From the NCBI GenBank assembly GCA_951406725.2, contig OX597831.1, positions 46,934,001 to 46,998,000 of the forward strand: DNA of 64,000 nt, given 5' to 3'. Below are positions 39,268 through 52,812 of this stretch, piece by piece. The position numbers and the translations under genes were made by a program. The DNA comes from Octopus vulgaris. Its lineage: Eukaryota. The number at the start of each line of letters is the position of its first letter. Positions within the stretch are counted from its first letter, which is position 1. The notes under the pieces were generated by a model that worked only from the letters and a program-made list of their open reading frames with translations, searched no databases and was not told the origin of the DNA.

Positions 39268-39692
39268 AGGCGGCGGGCTGGCCGAAACGTTAGCGCGGCG
39301 GGCTGGCCGAAACGTTAGCACGCCGGGCGAAATGCTTAGCGGTATTTCGTCTGCCGTTACGTTCTGATTTCAAATTCCGCCGAGGTCGACTTTGCCTTTC
39401 ATCCTTTCTGGGGTCGATATAATCGACTTAATCCGTCTGTCCTTGTTTGTCTCCTCTGCGTTTAGCTCCTTTGTGGGTCGTAAAGAAATAGGTATTTCGT
39501 CTGTCTTTACGTTCTGAGTTCAAATTCCACCGAGGTCGACTTTGCCTTTCATCCTTTCGGGGTCGATAAATTAAGTACCCCCAGAGTTCAACTGGTACTT
39601 ATTTTATTGACGGAATTTGAACTCAGAAGACAAGCGAAATGGTGCTAAGCATTTTGCCCTGCGTGCTAACGATTCTGCCAGCTCGCTGCCTT
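39268..39692. mobile_element. SINE family B dimer (+, duplicated head) fused to an oppositely oriented head
   Basis: gcggcgggctggccgaaacgttagc occurs twice; a minus-strand head ends at about 39692. Confidence 0.75.
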
Positions 39693-40023
39693 CCGTATTT
39701 ATTACAATATTAAGTAATAGACTGTGATAGAAGACGGTTTTTAAGTGTTATTTCTAGCAAATGGAACAACCATGAAGGGTCTCTCTCTTAAACAGTGAGC
39801 CACAGAACACTCCTCAAACTTCATAACTCCTCACTCTCAACGGGGATATACCAAGACATTTGGAAGCAGCTTCAGAGTGTGTCCTGTTTAAAGGAAAGCA
39901 GTCCCTCCGACCAAGCGAGCTAATGTCCCATTGCTCCAACTTTTCCATATTAATGAAGACAGCCGCTAACAACAATGTCTCCCATCACTTTAAATCTCTG
40001 TCTGTATGCTTGTCTGTCTGTCC

Positions 40024-40073
<50 letters not shown>

Positions 40074-40948
40074 GGCTCAGTTGGAGCTGGAGTTTGTCTC
40101 TGTGATAGTTAATGTTTCTTAGCAACTGTGTAATTCCCTGTTGCTTCAAGTATTTGTTCACATCTTAACTGGTGAAGAACTGTAGCATAGTAAGTTTCCA
40201 TTCTATTATGAAATTACTTTCCGATGAGCTTATTTTGTTTTCCAGGGTTTCCCTTGAGATCAGACATTATAAGTTTTACACCAGGTAGCTTAGTATCCTC
40301 ACTGATAAGAATTTCGCTGCTCAATCCTCGTTTTCTGTTAGTCGTCCCTTTCAAAACAGATGTAAGGTTTTTCAGTAATCCTAGCAGAACAATGTACGGT
40401 AAATTTTCACGTCGGAGGCTCCAAAACAAAATTTCCTCTCACAATGTGTTGTATGACTTTATCATGGTTATTGTTTTTGCTTTTTTTTTATATTATGATT
40501 AGCGATTTTGAAATATTTCATTAATTTTCGTTTTCCTTATTTTTTTTTGGGGGGGGGGGTCTTTCTTTCTTCCTTTGTTTTTGTTTTTTGCGGTACGGTA
40601 GCTTTAAATTTCTTATCAAAAGGTCAAATGTTTTTGGGGTTTTTTTTTGCTTTGTTTTCGCACCGGCACTGAAATTGGCTTTTACTATCAGGTTAAAATT
40701 TTGGCTCAAGACCTGCAATTTCGGGGGAGGGCTTAAGTCGATTACATCGACTCCAGTGCCCAACTGGTTCTTATTTTATCGACCCCAAGAAGATGAAAAA
40801 CAAAGTCGACCTCGGCGAAATAAATCGGATTTTTTAATATTCATTTGACATTTCCATTTAGCTTCCGCCCAGACTATCTGTCTTTGTCTGTCGGTGGTGT
40901 GTGCGCATTCAGCTGTATATAGTATCTTGGTATATTGGTATGTATGTG

Positions 40949-41336
40949 TGTGGAGGCGCAATGGCCCAGTGGTTAGGGCAGCGGACTCGCGGTCATAGGA
41001 TCGCGGTTTCGATTCCCAGACCGGGCATTGTGAGTGTTTATTGAGCGAAAACACCTAAAAGCTCCACGAGGCTCCGGCAGGGGATGGTGGTGATCCCTGC
41101 TGTACTCTTTCACCACAACTTTCTCTCACTCTTACTTCCTGTTTCTGTTGTACCTGTATTTCAAGGGGCCAGCCTTGTCACTCTCTGTGTCACGCTGAAT
41201 ATCCCCGAGAACTACGTTAAGGGTGCACGTGTCTGTGGAGTGCTCAGCCACTTGCACGTTAATTTCACGAGCAGGCTGTTCTGTTGATTCGGATCAACCG
41301 GAACCCTCATCGTCGTAACCGACGGAGTGCTTCCAT
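40949..41336 (+). mobile_element. SINE family A
   Basis: Full-length match to the other family A copies. Confidence 0.9.
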
Positions 41337-41491
41337 CATGTATGTGTACATATGTGTGTGGGAGTCGCATATAAATGTTTACGTATGTGAATCCCAATAT
41401 GTGTTTGTTTCAGTGTCTGCCTGTGTGTATATGTGAGATATGTGAATGTCTATATCTGAACATGCATAGGTATGATTGAGTGTGTGTGTAT

Positions 41492-41527
<36 letters not shown>

Positions 41528-41833
41528 ATCTGGTGTTAATGACTTGATATTGAGAAAAATAAGTGTTTGAGAAAACAAAAAATTGTGAGAAAAATTACGT
41601 GTTAGAGATATTTATATGAAATATATTTACATAAAAGTTACGTTTGAGAAAAATTTACTTAGCAAATTGTGGAACACATGAATTCATTTACTCTATTTAA
41701 GTATGTATACTTAGTCTAGCTTTGCGCTAAAACGATTTTACATCGCCCGACCAACTTGAAATAGCAGCAAAATCGTGAAAAAATGGGAAGGACTAACCGG
41801 ATCGTGTAGCCTTAATTATATTCTTTACAGTCA

Positions 41834-42066
41834 AAGGCGGCGAGCTGGCAGAAACGTTAGCACGCTGGGTGAAATGCTTAGCGGTATTTCGTCTGTCGTT
41901 ACGTTGTGAGTTCAAATTCTGCCGAGGTCGACTTTGCCTTTTATCCTTTCGGGGTCGATAAATTAAGTACCAGTTATGCACTGGAGTCGATGTAGTCGAC
42001 TTAATCCCTTTGTCTGTCCTTGTTTGTCCCCTCTATGTTTAGCCCCTTGTGGGTAGTAAAGAAATA
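41834..42066 (+). mobile_element. SINE family B monomer with 15-bp TSD
   Basis: tatattctttacagt on both sides. Confidence 0.9.
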
Positions 42067-42138
42067 TATATTCTTTACAGTTTGAATGCTTTTGACCATA
42101 GGTCTGATAAATCAGAGTACAGCTTAGGCTAAAAAAAC

Positions 42139-42647
42139 CAGTGGTTCTCAACCGAGGTCCATAGGGACCTTGAGGGTCCGTATAAGATTTTTGGGTGTCT
42201 ACGCCACAAAACAGTAAATTGGGGATCCACAATAGCATTTTAAGGACCCCTGAAAAAGATTATGCTTTAGATGTATGTATTGGTATGTATTTCAAGAAAC
42301 AACTTGGTTTCTTTCTTGAACATTTTACATAGTTTAACCTACACAAGTTAATGTGTGAAAAACAAAATAGGAACTCTGTAAAACGTTTCTATAAAACTAG
42401 TTTTATAGAGATGCAACACGTAATTTTGTCAGTGAACAGGTCGCGGTCTCAAAGCGACGAAAATATTTTGGCAAATTAAATTTAAATGTTGAAGTGAATC
42501 TAATGGTTTTTGTGTGTTTCTTAAATGGCTTATAAACACCTTCCTCGCTGCAATAGTTTTTAAACATCGAATGTTTATGGGGTCAACAAGAATAAAATTG
42601 TAATCAAAGGGGTTCATAGATAAAAAAAAAATGATTGAGAAACCCTA
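42139..42647. mobile_element. hAT-like MITE with a nested repeat (about 42410-42560, also at 53535-53710)
   Basis: TIRs cagtggttctcaacc / gattgagaaacccta; flanks ggctaaa(aaaa)c / ggctaaac resemble an 8-bp TSD. Confidence 0.65.
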
Positions 42648-43323
42648 GGCTAAACAATATATATACTTTATAATAAGTCTTTTCATAGATCTGACCGTGG
42701 AAAGGCATTAATAGATGACGAGAATTCAACAACCGCAGTATAGTTACTTCAGCTCATTGAAACATACGTTAGGATTTCATATGTTATGTTATTTTCTTCA
42801 TATATTGGCACAAGGCCAGCATTTTCGTGGAAGAGTGTTATTCGACCTCCAATGCTCAGCTGGTACTTATTTTATCGATCCGCAAGGATGAAAGGCAAAG
42901 TCGAACTCTACGGAATTTGAACTCAGAACGTAAAGACAAACGAAACACCGCTACGCATTTTGCTCGGTACGCTAACGATTCTGCCATCTCGTTACCTATT
43001 ATTATCTTTATTTTGGTTTCAAATTTTGGCACAAGGCTAGTATTTTCGGTGGGGGGTGGAAAGTAAGTCGATTACATCGACATCCCCCCACTATGCGCAA
43101 CTGGTGCTTATTTTATCGACCTGCAAGGATAAAAGAAGTCGAACTCCGTGGAATTTGAACTCTGAACGTAAAGACAGGTGAAATGCCGTTAAACATCTTG
43201 CTCGGCACACTAACAGTTCACCCATCTTACTAACTTTATTTTATTTATATTAGAAAGGGAATTCTCAGCTAGACCGAAGCAGTTTAGAAATTTATTTTCC
43301 TCGCCCATTAATATATCAATAAC

Positions 43324-43400
<77 letters not shown>

Positions 43401-43416
43401 GAGTGTGTGTGTGTGC

Positions 43417-43490
<74 letters not shown>

Positions 43491-43784
43491 GTGTACGTTT
43501 CGATCAGATAAAGAACGTCTCTCGAGCATTACAATGTACAGTTATATTAAGACAATCAACAGTCCATGGCTAATGGCAATGAAATAATTTACTTCCGTTT
43601 ACTTGGCTGATGACCAACTCTTATATTAAAACAATAACTAAGAACACATAACTAACGAATGACAAACAGGTAGGCGTACTGACGTATTGTTAAAGTGAGC
43701 TACGGAGAATCCGAGGATGTCTCCCAATTTCCTCATTACAAATATTTTATTTCACTGACCCAGATAAAAAGAACTTCAGGATAC

Positions 43785-45042
43785 TATTAGTTCGTCAAGT
43801 ATGAATTTTGTAGAAAAGAAAAAAAAAGTTTGCTAATGTTTTATAAATGCAAGGAATAGTTTTATTCATCAAAGTAGGCGTCCATATTGTCAATACACTT
43901 TTGCCATTTCAGCGGTAGCTTGTCCAGCCTGGAACTGTAAAAGCCTCACAATCTAGAATCAATAAAATCTTGGAAGGCCTGTTTTACAACATCGTCGGAA
44001 TTAAATTTTTTTCCCATCAAAAGTTATCCAAAATGGAAGGAGTGGTAATCAGTGGGGACAAGATCAGGTGAGTATGGTAGATGATGGAGAACTTCCAACT
44101 CCAACAACTGTAGTTTCGCCAATGTCATTTTTGCTATATGTGGTCTGGCGTTGTCTTGCTATAAAATAGGGCTGGATCTGTTGACTAATCTAGGCTGGGT
44201 TTTTTTTTTTTTTTTGTAAGTTTCTGCATCATTTGGTCCAGTTGGCTGCAGTATACTTCGGTCGTGATTGATGAGCCAGGTTTAATAAAATAATGGATTA
44301 CACCTGTGAGAGACCACCAAACACACACTGTCAGTTTCTTTTTATAAATTTTGCTTTTTGGAATGTGTTTTGATGGCTCGTCTTAGTCCAACCATTGTTG
44401 TATTGGATCCATTTCTCATCACATTACAATTCGATTAAAAAATGATTCATTTTTGTGACGAGAAAGTAGCATAATGCAGGCTTCCAAACGTTGCTGTTTC
44501 TGATTTTCATTGAGTTCATGTGGAACCCACTTATCCAACTTTTTCACTTTACCGATTTGAACTAGGTGAGTCAATATTGTTTGCTTGCTAACACCAAATA
44601 ACAACGATAATTTACGGGCACTTTGAAATGGATCTGACACGACGGTGGCTTTGAGTTCGTCATTATCCACGTTTGTTTCTGGTCGACCGCGTTGCTCATT
44701 TCTGAGGTCAAAGTTACCAGGACGAAATTTTGCAAGCAATTTGTATAACACTAGAATGAAATACTCTATTAATATTCCGAGCTGTCTGTGAAGCTGTATT
44801 TCCAAGAAAGAACTCATATTTCAAAACTGTACGAATTTTCAATTTATCCATCTCTAAACAAAAATAGCAAAAAACGATTTATAAATACTTTATAAAGCGA
44901 AAATGAGTTAGAATAAAGAAATAGATGTGTCAGCTTTCTAACAAAAAATAAAGATTGTCAAAATATAATAATGGCACGAAATGAGCAGCTGTCAAAATTT
45001 ACCATATACTTTACAACAAATTTCATACTTGACGACCTAATA
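43785..45042 (-). mobile_element. Mariner DNA transposon, full length, decayed transposase
   Basis: TIRs tattagttcgtcaagtatgaattttg / caaatttcatacttgacgacctaata with TA ends; WVPHEL and YSPDLVPTDY motifs; about 1.26 kb. Confidence 0.92.
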
Positions 45043-45545
45043 CAACTTGAATGATAAATGATATTTCATCATCGACACTGGCACATTATTTCTAACAAAG
45101 ATATTTCTCTAATTAAACCATTTTTTAGATTGTAATTAGGCATCGTGAAGTAATTGCGGCCCGTTGATATAAAGATAGCATTCATAATATTGTGTTATTT
45201 TACTATCAACAACACAATATTAGTATCGAGTTATTTTTCAGTGCTGGGTTTAAATTTTGTATTTCAGTTGCAAATCTTCGACAAACCTCGGATGCAGCTA
45301 ATATTCATGTAATGTTCACGTTTCTGTGATTGTAGAGTTCTTACACATAGAAGAATCTAAGACCACGTTCAAAAGAAAGCCATCTCTCAACAGACATTAG
45401 CTAAAATGTTCCTTATTTCTACCATTCTTACCATAGCTACAATATCCTCTCTTCTGCTCGTTATTTCTACTGCCTTACTCAAATCAGATCCGAAGCTAAA
45501 CACATTAGCACCTACGACCCTTATTTCTTCATAGCCTCCAAAGGT

Positions 45546-45805
45546 GGGTGGCTTAGTGGTCAGGATGTTGGACTCATGATCGTAAGATTGTGGTTTCGAT
45601 TCCTGGACCGGGTGATGCGCTGAGTTTTTGAACAAAACAATCCATTTCAAGTTGCTCCAGTCCACTCAGCTGGCAAAAATGAGTAATCTTGCGACGCGAC
45701 GAACCGGTGTCCTGACTAGGTGGGGAATATATATACGCCATAGAAACCAGGAAACTGGCTCTTATGAGTCGGTATGACCCGAGAAAGAAACTTTACCTTG
45801 TTTTA
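45546..45805 (+). mobile_element. SINE family C
   Basis: Matches the 17393 copy. Confidence 0.8.
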
Positions 45806-46349
45806 CCATAGTCTCCAAAACGGATGGGATGAAGGGAGAAAAGTTATCCTTAAACCAAAGACCTGGCCCGATTGCTTGCAACAAAGTGGACTCTAATAAA
45901 GCTGCCCAAAGGTCATACAGTGATGTCAAACTGTGGACTAAACAAACAGAGCAAGACATCCTTCCGGACGATCTAACAATTCAGCCAATCAACCGGTCCC
46001 ATCTATTTTATCAATTCTGAAAAGTTAAAAGTCAAAGTTTACCCGACAACATTTGAAACTCAGCGCAGAGAGACGAGAGAAACACTGCAATGTGTTTTTG
46101 TCCTTAGCTTTAATGACTGTCACTGGATCACCTAATCATTCTCCCTTGGAACTGAAACTATCTAGAAATATTATCTCTGTCCATATTTTTCCAGCAGGCA
46201 CCAACCAACAGAAATTCGAACTAAAGACCAAGCTAATATCACTTTCGACTCTAAAGATCAAAGACGCTATCTTTCCTTTTCCGATTTAACAATTTTTTTA
46301 ATTTATACATTAAACCCATCAAATACAGATAAAGAATTATTATACACAT

Positions 46350-46505
46350 TTTTTACATTTGAGAGATATTTGTCCTCATCTTGTTTGTTGTTAACACAAC
46401 CTTTCGGCTGATATACCCTCCAGCCTTCATCAGGTGTCTTGGGGAAATTTCAAACCTGGGTTCTCATTCCTAAAGTATTTTCCGATATTGTTGTTATTAT
46501 TATTA

Positions 46506-46548
<43 letters not shown>

Positions 46549-47085
46549 GGAATCTTGGGGTTAGTAGCCCGCGCTCTTAACCACCACGCCATATGCCCGT
46601 GGACAATTATTGAGTGAATTTTAGGGCTTATAAATCTAATATTTTTTTATCCTTCCTTAATACCAGTTCCCATATGCTGCTTATATCTGCACTCGGTCTG
46701 CTTAGGAGGTTGTTGTGTCCTAGCATATGTGCTGCTTCTTTTAGTTTTCATAATTTCCAGATGTGTTCTCTGTCTATTATATGTGGTGGTCTCCATTTTT
46801 CATACATGATTAGCTATACCCGATTTATCAATATCTCCTTGTGTCACAGCTCTGCGATGTTCGTCTACCCTTATTTTGAGGGGGCGGCATTTGTATAATC
46901 TACCACAGCTACATGGGATGGAGTACACACAGTCTTTGGTCATATTCTCTTCTGTTGGTGGTTTTACTAGAAGGAGATATTTGCAAAGTGTTGTATTACT
47001 CTTGAATACTGTCCTGATGTCATATGGGCCGCATATCTTTTGTATCTTTTCGGAGAGGCCTTTCACATAGGGTAGACAGTTTATT
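46350..47085 (-). mobile_element. Penelope-like element 3' fragment: GIY-YIG endonuclease + pLTR with hammerhead
   Basis: LPYVKGLSEKIQKIC...VYSIPCSCGRLYK..RPLKIRVDEHRRA...SGIANH..IIDRE..KLKEAAH; stops and deletions present. Confidence 0.88.
46394..46437 (-). ncRNA. Minimal hammerhead motif of PLE pLTR
   Basis: acacCTGATGAaGGCTGgagggtatatCAGCCGAAAggttgtgt; stem I ACAC/GUGU; stem III disrupted (GG instead of CG). Confidence 0.7.
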
Positions 47086-47789
47086 GGTCTTATCCTCTCT
47101 CTTCTTCATAATTGGGTTAGGGTTTGGGTTATGTAACGAAATGAAAAAGTAAATAAAACAAAACATATTTTCTGCCAAGATGATTTACGATTGGGTAAAT
47201 AATGATATTTAGAAATTTTCATGTTTCTAAAATGGAGGGGTTAGATATTAATTTTCATTAATATTTTCGTAATTTTTTAATCGAAAAATATAAAATATAA
47301 TTAATCGGCAATACGTTCACAGATTATTTTGTGATTGAAAGAAGATATTAAAAATAAGGGGGAAAATAAAATTTAGCAATATTATTTTGCTATATAAATT
47401 CATAGCAATGCCAGCATGTATTCAACTACACTAAACATATATGTACGCAAACATCTATTTTTCGATAAATAAACGGAATTTAATAATTTCATTTATTACT
47501 CATTTCTTCTTCGTCTCTCACTTTCACCCTCTCATGTTCAATGCCACGTTCTTAAATTAATTAATATGTGTATAAGAAGCACTTGTATTTATTGCCTGTA
47601 CCACCACACTCATAAATCCGTTTAAATTATATTTAATTTCTTAGTCACTCCGTCCAACATTCTAAAGGCTTCCATAGTCTTTACACAGAGAGAAATTTGT
47701 GTCCACACTATTTTACTTCCGTTTCGGCCCTCCCTTGACCTCGCTCGTTTTCTGCTGATCCTACTTTAAAATTATATATATACAGGAAA

Positions 47790-48365
47790 GCGGCTAGCTG
47801 GCAGAAACGTTAGCACACCGGGCGAAATGCGTAGCCGTATTTCGTCTGCTGCCACGTTCTGAGTTCAAATTCCGCCAAGGTCGACTTTGCTTTTCATCCT
47901 TTCGGGGTCGATTAAATAAGTACCAGTTACGCACTGGGTTCGATATAATTGACTTAAACCGTTTGTCTGTCCTTGTTTGTCCTCTCTGTGTTTAGCCCCT
48001 TGTGGGTAGTAAAGAAATAGGTATTTCGTTTGCCGTTACGTTCTGAGTTCAAATTCCGCCGAGGTTGTCTTTGCTTTTCATCATTTCGGGGTCGATTAAA
48101 TAAGTACCCGTTACGCACTGGGGTCGATATAATCGACTTAATCCCTTTGTCTGTCCTTGTTTATCCACTCTATGTTTAGTCCCTTGTGGGTAGTAAAGAA
48201 ATAGGTATTTCGTCTTTCTTTATGTTCTGAATTCAAATTCTGCCGAGGTCGACTTTGCCTTTCATCCTTTCGGGGTCGATAAATTAAGTACCAGTTACGG
48301 ACTGGGGTCGATCTGATTGACTGGTCCCCTCCCCAAAAATTTCAGGCCTTGTGCGTAGAATAGAA
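47790..48365 (+). mobile_element. SINE family B trimer
   Basis: One head, three bodies and the alternative tail. Confidence 0.88.
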
Positions 48366-48399
48366 TATATGCAGGAGTCACTTTGGCATTTAAATAATA

Positions 48400-48750
48400 T
48401 TCTTTTATTTGTTTCAGTCATTTGACTGTGGTCATGATGGAGCACCGCCTTTAGTCGAACAAATTGACCCCAGAATTTATTCTTTGTAAGCCTAGCACTT
48501 ATTCTATCGGTCTCTTTTGCCGAACCGCAAAGTTATGGGGACATAAACACACCAGTATCGGTTGTCAAGCGATGGTAGTGGGACAAACATAGACAAACAC
48601 ACATACACACACACAGATATATGTACGACGGGCTTCTTTCAGTTTCCGTCTACCAAATCCACTCACAAGGCTTTGGTCGGCCCGAGACTACAGCAGAAGG
48701 CACTTGCCTAAGGTGCCACGCAGTGAGACTGAACCCGGAACCATGTAGTT
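48400..48750 (-). mobile_element. SINE family D
   Basis: Reverse complement of the family D consensus. Confidence 0.85.
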
Positions 48751-48858
48751 GCATAATTTTTTTTTATTATTATTGATTTTGCTACAACTTTCTTTTCATA
48801 TATTTGTAATACTGTCTTCATAATATGACACAGTAATGAAAGAAGACAATGTATCATC

Positions 48859-49087
48859 TACAGTAATCCGTCGCCATATCGCGGTTTACCTATCGCCGTT
48901 TAGTACTTAAGCTTACGCCGATTCCTCTGTGGTGTTGTTTTGCATTTATAATAAAATATATATATACAAATTATAAAAACAATTTTAAAACATACATAGT
49001 TCAGTACCGCTTCTACTTCGCAGATTTTCACCTATCGCGGGGGAGGTTTTAGAGCGTAAAACCCTCGATAGTCGAGAGATCACTGTA
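48859..49087. mobile_element. Tigger/pogo-like MITE
   Basis: TA-cagtaatccgtcg...cgagagatcactg-TA. Confidence 0.65.
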
Positions 49088-49158
49088 TTTTCAATATAAT
49101 AAAAAAGAAAAACAAGCTCAACCGCCAACAAGACAATTTAAAAAAAAAAATCATCGTA

Positions 49159-49441
49159 TAGGCGCAGGAGTGGCTGTGTGGTAAGTAGCTTGCTAACCAA
49201 CCACATGGTTCCGGGTTCAGTCCCACTGCGTGGCATCTTGGGCAAGTGTCTTCTGCTATATCCCCGGGCCGACCAATGCCTTGTGAGTGGATTTGGTGTC
49301 CCCGTCACTTAGCGGTTCGGCAAAAGAAACCGATAGAATAAGTACTGGGCTTACAAAGAATAAGTCCCGGGGTCGATTTGCTCGACTAAAGGCGGTGCTC
49401 CAGCATGGCCGCAGTCAAATGACTGAAACAAGTAAAAGAGT
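49159..49441 (+). mobile_element. SINE family D with the internal microsatellite region deleted
   Basis: ggatttggt joins directly to gtccccgtcacttagc. Confidence 0.85.
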
Positions 49442-49514
49442 ATACCTGCAAAGAACTTAATCTAAAAACCAACAGCGCATATCCAAACACACTTAATTTC
49501 CTTGATGTTACACT

Positions 49515-49899
49515 GGGAATGGAAGCACTCCGTCGGTTACGACGATGAGGGTTGATCCGAATCAACGGAACAGCCTGCTCGTGAAATTGACGTGTAAGTG
49601 GCTGAGCACTCCACAGACACGTGCACCCTTAACGTAGTTCTCGGGGATATTCAGCGTGACACAGAGAGTGACAAGGCCGGCCCTTTGAAATACAGGTACA
49701 ACAGAAACAGGAAGTAAGAGTGAGAGAAAGTTGTGGTGAAAGAGTACAGCAGGGATCACCACCATCCCCTGCCGGAGCCTCGTGGAGCTTTTAGGTGTTT
49801 TCGCTCAATAAACACTCACAACGCCCGGTCTGGGAATCGAAACCGCGATCCTATGACCACGAGTCCGCTGCCCTAACCACTGGGCCATTGCGTCTCCAC
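49515..49899 (-). mobile_element. SINE family A with 12-bp TSD
   Basis: tgatgttacact on both sides. Confidence 0.9.
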
Positions 49900-50284
49900 T
49901 GATGTTACACTATGTTAGCAGTGACAATCTCTACCCCTTCATACGATCCAACTAAAACCCATTATACATTAAGACGAAATTCTAATTACTTACCTTCCTT
50001 TATTAAGATTCTGGATGAGAGAATCAGTATACGCTTGACAAAAGTAGCCTTAGATGAGGTCATTTTTACCAGATCACCGCAATGATATGCTGATACTTAA
50101 AAGGCATGTAGCTTAGTGACGAAGCTGTTGAACTCAGAAGTGTAAAGTTGTAGGTTCGAATCCAGGATCCAATTGTACATTGCATCCTTAAACAAGACAT
50201 TTCATTTTATGTTGCCCTTGTTTATTCAGTAGTATCTACTTGTCTGTCTATCTGCCTGTCTCTCGGTTTATCTATCTATCTATA

Positions 50285-50745
50285 TTAAAGCCTTAAAACT
50301 CTACTCTCTCCAGCGCCGCCGCGAGCGGTACATCATTTGTACGATGTGGAGAATATGCCGCCAGCATTACCCAAATGACCTGTACATTAGTTACAAGGTT
50401 CATCCAAAGCTGGGACCACAGGCCATACGCCCCCTGCCCAATTCAGGATCACAACATATAGGTACACTGCGACATAATTTCTTTTCCTCAACAGGCCCTG
50501 CCCTGTTTAACATTGTCCCAAAACTGATTAAAGAGGAAAAGGATCCCATCACCTTTAAACGGAGTCTGGACAGATTTCTTCAAGGAATACTAGATAAGCC
50601 ACCCATACCTGGATACAACTCACTCAACAAGAACTCACTACTTGAATGGACCATAAACAAAACTTAACTTAAAAAGGATTTAGATAATCCTATCAGGTGG
50701 TGTTTGAACCAATCTTTGGTGGAAACATATCTAAGTTTTTAAGTT
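50285..50745 (+). mobile_element. CR1/Jockey-type LINE 3' fragment
   Basis: LKLYSLQRRRERY...FKRSLDRFL; paralogous to 58620-59095; tail tatctaagtttt. Confidence 0.88.
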
Positions 50746-51004
50746 TTTTTTATCTGTTCATCTATTTGTCTGTCTCTAACTTTATCTATCTATCTATCTA
50801 TTTGTTTGTCTGTCTCTAAATTTATCTATCTATCTACCTGTCTATCGACCTGCCTATCTGTCCGTTTATCTACTTTTATATTTACTTCTATAGCCATAAA
50901 TCTTGTATATATATATTCTTAGTTTCATACATCCATGAACCGTCAAAATTATATTAATAAATTTGTTACGGATAATTAAACCTCCTCATACCTCCTATAT
51001 ATTT

Positions 51005-51236
51005 AAGGCGGCGAGCTGGCAGAAACATTAGCAAGCCGGGCGAAAAGCGTAGCCGTATTTCGTCTGCCGTTACGTTCTGAATTCAAATTCCGCCGAGGTC
51101 GACTTTCATCCTTTCATCCTTTCGGGGTCGATAAATTAAGTACCTGTTCACTGGGGTCGATGTAATCAACTTAATCCGTTTGTCTGTCCTTGTTTGTCCC
51201 CTCTGTGTTTAGCCCCTTGTGGGTAGTAAAGAAATA
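51005..51236 (+). mobile_element. SINE family B monomer
   Basis: Full head and body. Confidence 0.88.
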
Positions 51237-51344
51237 TATATATTTGATATACACAGCAGTATGCAATGTTTTACCAAAAAAGGAAAACTATAATTGTCAC
51301 TAAATATGAGCATACATGTGCCACAGCACGACCGTTACTCTCGA

Positions 51345-51494
51345 GCTGTGTGATAAGTAGTTTGCTTACCAACTACATGGTTCCAGGTTCAGTCCCAGTG
51401 CGTGGCACCTTGGGCAAGTGTCTTCTAATATAGCCTCGGGCTGACCAAAGCCTTGTGAGTGGATTTGGTAGACGGAAACTGAAAGAAGCCCGTC

Positions 51495-51567
<73 letters not shown>

Positions 51568-51810
51568 CATATGTATGTATTTATGTATGTATGTATATGT
51601 GTGTGTGTATGTCTGTTTGTCCGCTCACCATCGCTTGACAACCAATGCTGCTATGTTTACGTCCCCGTAACATAGCGGTTCGGCAAAGAGACCGATAGAG
51701 TAAGTACTAGGCTTACAAAGAATAAGTCCTGGGGTCGATTTGCTCAACTAAAGGCGGTGCTCCAGCATGACCGCAGTCAAATGACTGAAACAAGTAAAAG
51801 AGTAAAATAG
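51345..51810 (+). mobile_element. SINE family D with internal (TA)n
   Basis: Head, microsatellite and 3' domain all present. Confidence 0.88.
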
Positions 51811-51975
51811 TAAAATATGAGACATAGTTAGGTGAGATGAACGTGTCCTGCACGCCACGAAATTTTAACTCACATGGCCTTGTTTCAAACTATTTTTAAA
51901 TGTCTAAATATTTAAATGGATGTGAGTGCTCGCAGGCGTGTGTGTATGTATGTGTCTGTGTGTTTATCTATGTAT

Positions 51976-52133
51976 CAGGGGCGGACTGAGAGTATTAAGG
52001 GCCCTCAGGCATAACTGTTTACCGGGCCCCTTTGAATGTGTGTTTTAGTAGAGTTAATATGTAGAGTGCGGACCCCTCAAAGCTCCGGGCCCTCGAGCAG
52101 TGCTCGATTGACCGACGGCTCAGTCCGACCCTG
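51976..52133. mobile_element. hAT MITE, 158 bp, 8-bp TSD
   Basis: TIRs caggggcggactgag / ctcagtccgaccctg; TSD ctatgtat at 51968-51975 and 52134-52141. Confidence 0.9.
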
Positions 52134-52424
52134 CTATGTATATATGGTTCAAAGTTGGTGAATTTATGTACGCAAAACATAATAACCAAACGAAGTCCAG
52201 TAACCAGATTTTCTTATATTTTTTTCACTATATTTTTCTCATTATATTTCGTGGTATTGAAACCACTGTGTTTCATTTGAATAACATTGATTTTCTTTAT
52301 CTTATCTCACAAAGACAACAATAGAGAATTCGTTATAGGTTAATTTTTAAGTGGTTAATTATTAAGTGCTAAGCCTCTACGCGAATATTCCACATCGTTT
52401 AGGAATAAGAGCAATCAAAAATCC

Positions 52425-52812
52425 TTTCTATTATAGGCACAAGGTCTGAAATTTTGGGGGAGAGGATGAGTCGATTACGTCGACCCCCAGTGTGCAACTG
52501 GTGCTTAATTTATCGACCCCGAAAGAATGAAAGGCAAAGTCGACCTCGGCGGAATTCGAACTCAGAACGTGAGGACAGACGAAATACCTATTTCTTTACT
52601 ACCCACAAGGGGCTAAATACAGAGAGGACAAACAAGGACTGACAAACGATTATATCGACCCCAGTGCGTAACTGGTACTTATTTAATCGACCCCGAAAGG
52701 ATGAAAGGCAAAGTCGACCTCGGCTGAATTTGAACTCAGAACGTAGTGGCAGACGAAATGCCGCGAAGCATTTCGCCCGGCGTGCTAACGATTCTGCCAG
52801 CTCGCTGCCTTA
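52425..52812 (-). mobile_element. SINE family B dimer
   Basis: Same head-body-body-tail layout as the 12.2-15.4 kb array. Confidence 0.85.
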
